Below are positions 38,524 to 46,152 of a DNA stretch of 46,152 nt, one piece after another (position 1 is the first letter of the stretch; every line of letters starts with the position of its first letter). The notes beneath the pieces are model-generated. The model did no database searches. It was not told the DNA's origin and saw only the letters and a list, made by a program, of their open reading frames with translations. The stretch is taken from assembly GCA_036648855.1 (NCBI GenBank), contig JAVWCU010000003.1, forward strand, positions 1 through 46,152. The letters are read 5' to 3'. A program made the position numbers and the translations under genes. The stretch comes from Bacilli bacterium (GTDB taxonomy: Bacteria; Bacillota_I; Bacilli_A; RF39; UBA660).

Positions 38524-39640
38524 TTTTTTTTATTTCAGTATTTGGAAAATAATATTGTAAAATTTCCTGATAACTAGCGCCCTCTTCTGCCATTTTATTA
38601 GCTCCATAAATACTCATACCTAATCCCATTCCAGAAGCTAAAATTGTAATTAGAATTTTGTTCTCTAATTTATGCGCAGTAAAATCAGTAGACCTTAACC
38701 TTAATAAGTGAGCTAAATAGTCTCCACGATAACGGTATTTGCCAAGCCTTATTAGTTTGACTCTTCCACCTCTTGTTCTACTTTCAACAACAATGGGCGT
38801 GTTAATATTAATATTCTGATTTAATATAGTACTAATTTCTTGATAAGTAAAACTTTTTGTCTCAGTAAACGGATAATCTTTTAAGTCTCCCTCACTATTA
38901 ACACTGACTAAATAAGGAATATTAGTATATAATGAATCTCTTGCATCTTCAGTCTTACCATGATTAACCATATGAGTATAGACATCAATATAATTATCAT
39001 TATAAGTTAATACAAGGCCTTTAGTTTTTTTGATAGTGTTCTTTGTCTCACTAGTATAAATATCATAATTTTCTTTCCATAAAGTTTGCAAATCTTTCTT
39101 ATCCCTAAATATTTGGGTAGTATTAAGATCTTTAATACTATGACCTTTTTCCAACTCTTTTAAAGCATAAGTCCTAGCTAAAATAGCCTGAGCACATTTG
39201 AGCTCAGAACCAAATGAGATAGGTATTTCAGCTGCTACTACCCCAAAGATATAATCTTCTAGATATACCTTTTCTAATATGCCATCACTGTGATTTAAAT
39301 CTATAAACTTACTTGTTTTAATATCAATAAAATTTTCTTCATCTAAAAGCTCTATATCTTCCAAGTAATCTCTTAATATTTCTACATATTTATAATTGCC
39401 AGGCAAAGTAATAGGCTGATTGATTATTATAGAACTAACTATAATTCCATTAACAACTAAATATATATTTTTCCCATTAAATTTTATTCCCTTATTATTT
39501 ATATAATTAGTAACACTATGATAAATTGATTCTTGTTTATTGTCACTATGAAAATCTTTAGCAAATTCATATGTGGGTTCTAAATACAAGTATAAAATAT
39601 CTTTATCATTTACTTTTAAAATAGTATGGTTATAAAACAT
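38516..39640 (-). CDS. spoIID: SpoIID/LytB-domain protein (stage II sporulation protein D-like)
   Basis: 374 aa with AQAILARTYALK and the C-terminal GMGLGMSIYGANKMAEEGASYQEILQYYFPN. Confidence 0.7.
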   Translation of the reverse strand: MFYNHTILKVNDKDILYLYLEPTYEFAKDFHSDNKQESIYHSVTNYINNKGIKFNGKNIYLVVNGIIVSSIIINQPITLPGNYKYVEILRDYLEDIELLDEENFIDIKTSKFIDLNHSDGILEKVYLEDYIFGVVAAEIPISFGSELKCAQAILARTYALKELEKGHSIKDLNTTQIFRDKKDLQTLWKENYDIYTSETKNTIKKTKGLVLTYNDNYIDVYTHMVNHGKTEDARDSLYTNIPYLVSVNSEGDLKDYPFTETKSFTYQEISTILNQNININTPIVVESRTRGGRVKLIRLGKYRYRGDYLAHLLRLRSTDFTAHKLENKILITILASGMGLGMSIYGANKMAEEGASYQEILQYYFPNTEIKKIS

Positions 39641-39695
39641 AATATCACCCTAATAATATTATGGAAGATATTATAGGTTTTAATACAAAAAAGAA

Positions 39696-40679
39696 TTAAA
39701 ATGAAAAATACTTTAATTCTTTATTTTTGCTACAATCTACACCAGTGATATACGAATAATTTTTAAGCAGAGTTTTTAAATTAATTTTTTTATCTTCATA
39801 AATATATTTATCAATTTCTCCTATAATATTAACTGCCCTAAACATACTAGCTAGGTATATATCTATAAATGACTCTTTAGAGGATAAGCGTTTATTAGTA
39901 GGATTATACCATTTTTCATGTTTTAAGTTTAATAAGTTAGAAACATTTCTTACTGGCTGATGATAAGATAAAACTGTTTTTCTTAAATATTTTTTAGGAG
40001 TTACTATGTCAACTATTTTATAGCCGATTTTTTTTATTCCTAAACTATCTTCTCTAAAAACTTTAAAAAAGAAACGCATTTGAGCAGTAGCTTTGCAATA
40101 AAAATTACTCATATTTTTAATGCCAAACGTTTCCTGAAAAGCAAAATTAATAACTTCAGATAATTCTTCAGATAAATTGCCTGCCTGTTGAAAACAATAA
40201 TCTATACAATTGAATTTCCAAGGTTTAACTTGTTCCCTTTCTTGAATAAAATAATTATCTAATAAAGTTTCAACTTCTCCATGTAAATGATTATATTTAT
40301 AGGTTAAAGGATTATTCTTATCAAAGCTACCTGTCTTATAAATAATATATGGATGGGCTGAACTATCTAATACATAATGACAAATCATTCCATATAGATA
40401 AGCTATAATTTCCGGATTATGACCATAATCATTATATTTTATATAATTTATTAGTGTTTCTAAAAATAGAAAACACTTATTATTGTGAAAAAACTCACCA
40501 AACTCTCTAACCTTTTTTCCTTTTTTAAAATTAGTAATATTATAAAAGAAAAGAGGATCAAGGCTTTGTGCTGATAGTTTTAACCGCTCTTTATCATTCA
40601 TTAAAAACTCTCGTCTTTTAATTGGAAGACGATCATAAACATCCATTGCAAAATAACTATGTGTAATAGTACTGGGCAT
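39696..40679 (-). CDS. Zinc-dependent phospholipase C-family protein
   Basis: 327 aa. The N-terminus MPSTITHSYFAMDVY and later His-rich segments (CHYVLDSSAHPY) are typical of this family as I recall it. Confidence 0.5.
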   Translation of the reverse strand: MPSTITHSYFAMDVYDRLPIKRREFLMNDKERLKLSAQSLDPLFFYNITNFKKGKKVREFGEFFHNNKCFLFLETLINYIKYNDYGHNPEIIAYLYGMICHYVLDSSAHPYIIYKTGSFDKNNPLTYKYNHLHGEVETLLDNYFIQEREQVKPWKFNCIDYCFQQAGNLSEELSEVINFAFQETFGIKNMSNFYCKATAQMRFFFKVFREDSLGIKKIGYKIVDIVTPKKYLRKTVLSYHQPVRNVSNLLNLKHEKWYNPTNKRLSSKESFIDIYLASMFRAVNIIGEIDKYIYEDKKINLKTLLKNYSYITGVDCSKNKELKYFSF

Positions 40680-40779
40680 TTAATCATCTCCTTCTATGAC
40701 CGATTATAACATATTTTTTCATAAGTTTTTCATATATTTTCCATAATTTCTATGCTATAATTTATACTAGGTGAGAAAT

Positions 40780-41742
40780 ATGGGATATAAAAATGATAAG
40801 AAGTTTAAAACATTAGATGAACAAATAGAGATATTAAAATATAAAGGCATGACTATTAACAATGAGGAATATGCTAGAGAAATACTTCTGAGAGAAAATT
40901 ATTTCTTTTTAAATGGTTATAGACACCTTTTTATAAAGTCAGAAACAGATAAAAAATTTTTGCCCGGTGTAACATTTGAAGAACTATATAGTTTATTTTT
41001 ATTTGATAGACAATTTAGAAATATTATTTTTAAGAATCTACTGATTATTGAGAACAATATTAAGTCTATCATTTCCTATCAACTATCTAAAAAATATGGA
41101 TATAAAGAAAATGATTATTTAAAACCTAAAAATTTTACTGAAGATCCTACTAAATCTAGGCAAGTTAATGATTTGATTAAAAAAATGAAAAGGCAAGTCC
41201 GAATCAATGGCGGGCAACATTCAGCAACAATGCATTATATTAATAATTATGGCTATATTCCTATGTGGATAATGGTTAAAGTATTATCCTTTGGAATAGT
41301 AGGAGAAATGTTTTCTATTCTGAAGAAAGAAGATCAGGAATCGATAACATCTATATATCAGTCAGATGTAAATAGTTTTGTTGACTATTTACCTATTCTA
41401 GCTAATTACCGTAATTTATGTGCTCATGAAGATATTTTATATGAAAATAAAACCCAAAAATCTATAGATGATACAGTAATTCATATGATGTTAGGGATTG
41501 ATAAAATAGATGGAGAGTATATTTATGGAAAAAATGATCTCTTTGCTTTATTAATTATAATGAATCAATTTTTAACTACGGATGAATTTAAAAACTTAAT
41601 AGAGGAAATAGACCATACTCTAATAAATTTAGAATACAATTTAAAAACCATTCCACTAGCTAAAGTCCTAGATAGAATGGGATTCCCAGAAAACTGGAAA
41701 GATATAAAAACAATAAGAAAGAAGGTAGACTATGAGAAGTAA
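40780..41742 (+). CDS. Abortive-infection protein, AbiD/AbiF (Abi_2) family, HEPN type
   Basis: N-terminal EQIEILKYKGMTI...ILLRENYFFLNGYRHLF. Rx4H motif RNLCAH at nt 41410-41427. ATG at 40780 after AGGTGA (the ORF-track GTG is at 40771). TGcTATAAT at 40753-40761. Confidence 0.8.
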   Translation: MGYKNDKKFKTLDEQIEILKYKGMTINNEEYAREILLRENYFFLNGYRHLFIKSETDKKFLPGVTFEELYSLFLFDRQFRNIIFKNLLIIENNIKSIISYQLSKKYGYKENDYLKPKNFTEDPTKSRQVNDLIKKMKRQVRINGGQHSATMHYINNYGYIPMWIMVKVLSFGIVGEMFSILKKEDQESITSIYQSDVNSFVDYLPILANYRNLCAHEDILYENKTQKSIDDTVIHMMLGIDKIDGEYIYGKNDLFALLIIMNQFLTTDEFKNLIEEIDHTLINLEYNLKTIPLAKVLDRMGFPENWKDIKTIRKKVDYEK

Positions 41743-42844
41743 GTTGATTACAGCTTTTTCTATGATTATCACATTTATAATAGGAGGAACATTTACTTAT
41801 TTTGTTGTTATCAATCAAAATCCTTTAAATAATGTAGATAATGTTTTAAGTGGTACTAGTAATAATGGAGTAGTTGAATGTAGCAATAAAGTTACTATTG
41901 ATGAAACTGGGATTAGTGCCGCTGTTGGTAAAATATATGATGCAGTTGTTATGCTACAAAATTTTAAAGATAATAAACAACTTAGCACAGGAAGTGGTTT
42001 TGTTTATAAAACAGATGAAAAATATGGCTATATCATGACAAATCATCACGTAATAGCAGAGGGCAATAGAATCGTTTCTGTTATGGCTAATGATGAGGAA
42101 GTACCAGGGGAAGTATTAGGAAGCGATGCTTATTTAGATTTAGCTATTGTCAGAATTCCAAAGAAAAATGTTATCAAGGTAGCAACAATTGGCAATAGTG
42201 ATAAAGTTAAATTAGGTGATACGGTTTTCACAGTAGGAGCACCTCTTGGTTATGATTATCGTGGTAGTGTTACTAAAGGTACTTTATCTGGAAAAAATAG
42301 AATGGTTTCTGTTAGTGTTAATAGTAATGAAGATTGGATCATGAAAGTTATCCAAGTAGATGCCGCTATCAACCCAGGTAATAGTGGAGGCCCTTTACTT
42401 AACGTTAATGGAGAGGTAATTGGAATTAATTCACTTAAATTAGTAAAAGATGAAATTGAAGGTATGGGTTTTGCTATTCCAATTGAAGATGCAATGCAAT
42501 ATGTAGCAGATTTAGAAAATAAGAAGGCTATTGAAAGACCATTAATAGGGATAAGCATGGCTAATTTAGGAGACACTTATGTGTTATATCAAAATGGAAT
42601 CCTAGTTGATAAAGATATCAAAGAGGGTGTAGTAGTTATTAGTACCGTAGAAGGAAGCGGAGCCGCTAAGGCAGGTTTAAAGAAAAATGATGTTATAACA
42701 AAAATAGATAATCGTCCAGTAAAAAATGCAGCATATTTAAAATATGAGCTATATAAACATAGTCCTAATGATACAGTAGATATTACCTTTATTCGTAATG
42801 GAAAAACTGAAATTGCTAAGGTGGCTTTAACAAAAAGTCAATAA
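41732..42844 (+). CDS. htrA: Membrane-anchored HtrA/DegP-family serine protease (trypsin-like + PDZ)
   Basis: 370 aa with an N-terminal TM segment, catalytic TNHHV, D and GNSGGPLLN, and a C-terminal PDZ domain (GVVVISTVEGSGAAKAGLKKNDVI). The start overlaps the abi gene by 11 nt. Confidence 0.9.
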   Translation: MRSKLITAFSMIITFIIGGTFTYFVVINQNPLNNVDNVLSGTSNNGVVECSNKVTIDETGISAAVGKIYDAVVMLQNFKDNKQLSTGSGFVYKTDEKYGYIMTNHHVIAEGNRIVSVMANDEEVPGEVLGSDAYLDLAIVRIPKKNVIKVATIGNSDKVKLGDTVFTVGAPLGYDYRGSVTKGTLSGKNRMVSVSVNSNEDWIMKVIQVDAAINPGNSGGPLLNVNGEVIGINSLKLVKDEIEGMGFAIPIEDAMQYVADLENKKAIERPLIGISMANLGDTYVLYQNGILVDKDIKEGVVVISTVEGSGAAKAGLKKNDVITKIDNRPVKNAAYLKYELYKHSPNDTVDITFIRNGKTEIAKVALTKSQ

Positions 42845-42923
42845 TAGGTTAATTGAGAAGTTTTTATTTACTTATATGCCAATAACAGATACAATATAGG
42901 TATAAAGTCAGGAAGGTGATTAT

Positions 42924-44033
42924 ATGCTATTTAATATAAATTCAGAAAAAGTTGAACAACTAAAAAAGAGCACAGCAAATAAAGAAATATTAGATAGAAT
43001 AGACCAACAAGAACTGTTGTGTGAATTAACTAACCTTGAGAAAAGTAGTGACTTGTTACGAAAAAAAATGCTACAACAAGCAATCGTTAATAAGAAAGCA
43101 GAAGAATGTGATAATCCCTTTAATGTTATATTTTCTTTACCAATAAAGAAACAATCTGATGCAGGAGAAATAAGCCTCGATAAGATAGAACAAGATTTAA
43201 AAATATTCAGTAGAAAAATAAAAACTGCTGAAGGTGAATTAGAAAAAGAAGTAATAGAAACATATAGACCTACTTTACAGTATACTGCAGGTTTTTTAAG
43301 TAAAGTATTAGTGATGATTCCTAAGGATAATCTAGAACAACAGACATCAGCTAAAGATTTGCACAAGGCTATGAAATTTCTATATAGAATTATTTTGACT
43401 AAAACCAAAGTTGATCCATCTACAACTGAACAAGAAGATCGATTAAATCTTGAACAAGTGACAGAGACTCTTAACAATATTGCTATTACTGAAACGGTCA
43501 ATTCCAATGGAGCAAGAGGATATTTATTCCAACTAAAAAAAGAAAAAACTTTTGATGAAAAAAACCAAGCATATTTAGAAAAAAATACGGCAGAATCAGA
43601 ACTAATTATTACCTTAAGACAAATTAAAGGTATTGAACTAGAAAGAAGTTTAATTCAGTCACCAGATAGTTTAACTTCAGAGGCATATGTTGAACAAGTT
43701 AAACAAAGCATTCGTAATTTACAAGTATCTAATTTAGAAGCTAATCTAAACCATGCAAAAATTAAAAAAGATAATATAGAAATATCTGATGCACGGTATG
43801 ATTTAGCATCATTTAATAAGAACTCTAGTAATATTAATAAAATGTCTGTACCAGAACTAAGAGTTACACATTTAAAAATCCTTCTTCCTCGATATATGAA
43901 AAAAATCATTAATTATGATGAAAATGCTATTTATTCTAATTTAGCAGCAGATGGATCACTTGCTAGAAAAAGAGATGTTAATTCGGCTTTAGATGAAAAA
44001 TTAAAAGATATGAGTAGTGGAAGGCATAAGTAA
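42924..44033 (+). CDS. Hypothetical K/E/Q-rich, probably coiled-coil protein (369 aa)
   Basis: GGAAGGTGA RBS and a long ORF. There is no TM segment and I recognise no motif. Confidence 0.6.
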   Translation: MLFNINSEKVEQLKKSTANKEILDRIDQQELLCELTNLEKSSDLLRKKMLQQAIVNKKAEECDNPFNVIFSLPIKKQSDAGEISLDKIEQDLKIFSRKIKTAEGELEKEVIETYRPTLQYTAGFLSKVLVMIPKDNLEQQTSAKDLHKAMKFLYRIILTKTKVDPSTTEQEDRLNLEQVTETLNNIAITETVNSNGARGYLFQLKKEKTFDEKNQAYLEKNTAESELIITLRQIKGIELERSLIQSPDSLTSEAYVEQVKQSIRNLQVSNLEANLNHAKIKKDNIEISDARYDLASFNKNSSNINKMSVPELRVTHLKILLPRYMKKIINYDENAIYSNLAADGSLARKRDVNSALDEKLKDMSSGRHK

Positions 44034-44120
44034 TATGCCTTTAATAATATAATAATTTATAAATAGTTAAAACAATTAAACAATTGAAAATCCTATAGAT
44101 AGGTATAAAGGGGAAAGCAA

Positions 44121-46152
44121 ATGATGATTGAGTTAAAAAATATTTATAAGGCTTATAAATCTAAGAAAGGTAATAACACGGTTGCTCTAAAAGATGTCTC
44201 TTTAAAGTTTGAAGAAACAGGAATGACTTTTATTTTAGGTAAAAGTGGCAGTGGTAAATCAACTTTACTTAATATTATTGGAGGATTAGATAAATATGAT
44301 TCTGGTGATATGATTATCTTAGGTAAAAGCAGTAAAGATTTTAAGCAAGCTGACTTTGATTCTTATAGAAATACATATATTGGTTTTATTTTTCAAGAAT
44401 TTAATATCCTGGAAGATTATGATGTTTATCAAAATATAGTATTAGCTCTGCAATTACAGCAAAAAAGCACTCACAATAAAATAGATGAATTACTTAATAA
44501 ATTGGAACTTAATTCCTTAAAACATCGTAAAGTTAATGAACTATCAGGTGGTCAAAAACAAAGAGTAGCAATTGCTAGAGCTTTAATTAAAAATCCTAAA
44601 ATTATTTTAGCTGATGAACCAACTGGTAACTTGGATAGTAGTACTAGTAAACAAGTTATGGATTTATTAAAAGAAATAAGTAAAGAAAAACTAGTAATTA
44701 TTGTTTCTCATGATAAAGAGTCAGCATCTATTTATGGAGATAGAGTTATTGAAATAGTGGATGGCAAAGTAGAAAGTGATATAGTTAAGCACTCTAAGCA
44801 GAAAGAAACAACGGATTCTTATAAAATTATCAAGTCAAAACTTCCATGGAAAGAAAGTTTCAAATTAGGATTAGGCAGTTTAAAAACTAAAAAAATAAAA
44901 TTATTTTTCACGATTTTCTTAACTATATTTACCTTACTTTTTTTAAGCTTATCAGATACCTTAGCTGGTTTTGATAATGAAACATCACATGCAAAGTTAC
45001 TAACTTCTAGGCAAGAACAGTTTGTACAAATAGAAAAGTACAAATTATATAATAATGCTGAATATGTAGATAAAGACAAGTTAGCGCTTAAAGAGATAGA
45101 TAGTAAAAATATTTTATCTAAATTAAATAGAGATACTTATCCTATTTATCAAATTCAAGAAGATTATAACCATATGATGGTAGTAGATTTATTTAACATA
45201 TCAACAGATAAAGATAATACTTTATATACACCTTTATCAGGATCTGCTACTGCAGATATTGTAGTAACAGATGACATTAATAAGATAATAAAAGAACCAG
45301 TTATTGGAAAAAAGCCAACTGCAAATAATGAAATAGTAATATCTAACTATATTGCCGATTTAATCATTGATAAGGGTATCACAGTATATGAAAATATTGT
45401 TAATAATGAGTTTGGCGTTTCTAATTTATTTAAACCTAAAAACTATGAAGAATTAATAAATTCCAATCATACATTCTATTTTGGAAGTGTGGGTAAAGCT
45501 AAAATAGTGGGATTAGTTAATTATGATTTATCAAAGTACCAATGCCTAAAAGGCAAAAAATATGATGCTGATAATATCTCAGAGGAAGAAGTAAAGTTAT
45601 CAAGAGAATTAACTAGAGAGATTCAAAATATTTATAATAAAATATATGTAAATAATGATTTCATTTCCAATTTAAAAGTTAAAGATATTTCTTTCTTATA
45701 TCCTAATAATACATATAACCTTATTTCTGATGAAATAAATCTGCAGCAAAATGGGTATCATATTTCCCCTACCATTCTATCAAAGGAAATTGAGTATTAT
45801 AATGGAACTAACTGGGTTAAAACAAATCACCTAGCTAAAAACGAGGCTATTTTAGATGTTAGTCAGTTAGTAGACTTTGATAGCAGGAACTATATCGAAG
45901 AATTAGAAAAATATCTTAATAAACATGAGGGTGAAAATAGAGAACTTCTAGAAAAAAAGTTTTTTACTAATTATGTTAAAGATTACAAAGTATTTTCAAA
46001 AAATATTGCTTTAAAAATATATGAAGGACGTTCATATAATCAAAAAAACCCTGATAGAGTATTTGATAATATTAAAATTATAGGTTTAGTAGACTCAAAT
46101 AGTAATGATAAAGGTAATAAAAGTAATTATTTCTCTACTGAACTAGTTAATG
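44121..46152 (+). CDS. Fused ABC ATPase / FtsX-MacB-type permease (3' end outside the window)
   Basis: Not in the ORF track because it runs off the window. My own translation is MMIELKNIYKAY... Walker A GKSGSGKST, signature LSGGQKQR, Walker B ILADEPTGNLD. These are followed by a TM helix (LFFTIFLTIFTLLFLSL) and a large extracytoplasmic domain. Confidence 0.85.
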   Translation, partial: MMIELKNIYKAYKSKKGNNTVALKDVSLKFEETGMTFILGKSGSGKSTLLNIIGGLDKYDSGDMIILGKSSKDFKQADFDSYRNTYIGFIFQEFNILEDYDVYQNIVLALQLQQKSTHNKIDELLNKLELNSLKHRKVNELSGGQKQRVAIARALIKNPKIILADEPTGNLDSSTSKQVMDLLKEISKEKLVIIVSHDKESASIYGDRVIEIVDGKVESDIVKHSKQKETTDSYKIIKSKLPWKESFKLGLGSLKTKKIKLFFTIFLTIFTLLFLSLSDTLAGFDNETSHAKLLTSRQEQFVQIEKYKLYNNAEYVDKDKLALKEIDSKNILSKLNRDTYPIYQIQEDYNHMMVVDLFNISTDKDNTLYTPLSGSATADIVVTDDINKIIKEPVIGKKPTANNEIVISNYIADLIIDKGITVYENIVNNEFGVSNLFKPKNYEELINSNHTFYFGSVGKAKIVGLVNYDLSKYQCLKGKKYDADNISEEEVKLSRELTREIQNIYNKIYVNNDFISNLKVKDISFLYPNNTYNLISDEINLQQNGYHISPTILSKEIEYYNGTNWVKTNHLAKNEAILDVSQLVDFDSRNYIEELEKYLNKHEGENRELLEKKFFTNYVKDYKVFSKNIALKIYEGRSYNQKNPDRVFDNIKIIGLVDSNSNDKGNKSNYFSTELVN

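Noticed and set aside
42920-43507. A 195-aa ORF antisense to the 42924-44033 gene, which is strikingly long for an AT-rich genome.
   Set aside because: The sense strand here is very purine-rich (K/E/Q/N codons), so the complement is pyrimidine-rich and naturally lacks TAA/TAG/TGA. The product is an F/L/S/C-rich low-complexity string with no RBS. It is a shadow ORF.
1-46152. I looked for CRISPR arrays, tandem repeat arrays, rRNA or tRNA genes, IS elements, and signs of UGA-as-Trp recoding given the extreme AT richness.
   Set aside because: I saw no regularly spaced repeats and no tRNA cloverleaf or rRNA-like conserved blocks. No transposase or integrase motif appears in any ORF. Trp is encoded by TGG throughout, and TGA terminates truA and the GT4 gene, so the standard code 11 applies.

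Overview
This is a visibly AT-rich, low-GC Firmicutes-type chromosomal segment using the standard genetic code. Spo0A, a CwlD-like amidase and a SpoIID-like gene point to an endospore-former lineage. Almost all genes are on the + strand.

Gene order:
- A TGS-domain nucleoside kinase.
- A fragmented glycolytic cluster: gapA, NUDIX, pgk, three membrane/glycolipid genes, tpiA, spo0A, AAA ATPase, gpmA, NTPase.
- A Y-family DNA polymerase with a LexA box in its promoter, plus an orphan ORF.
- The complete S10-spc-alpha ribosomal cluster from rpsJ to rplQ, with secY, adk, map, infA, rpmJ and rpoA. There is no rpmD.
- Three inserted genes, then ecfA-ecfA'-ecfT-truA and rplM-rpsI.
- An accessory tail from 34.5 to 46.2 kb.

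I found no rRNA, tRNA, CRISPR array, transposase or integrase.

The best candidate for something new is a 1304-bp cassette inserted immediately after rpsI. It is bracketed by a ~130-bp direct duplication, of which 108 bp are perfect. The cassette carries a 311-aa protein with an Rx4H (RNKATH) HEPN-type motif, followed by a ~95-nt strongly structured RNA-like element with its own extended -10 box and a U-tract.

Other points of interest:
- A second HEPN gene (AbiD/AbiF, Abi_2 type) lies 5 kb downstream and overlaps htrA.
- The syntenic ECF-transporter energising module has degenerate catalytic motifs in both ATPases.
- Two perfect 0A boxes sit upstream of spo0A.

All functional calls come from motif recognition by eye. 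No database search was run.
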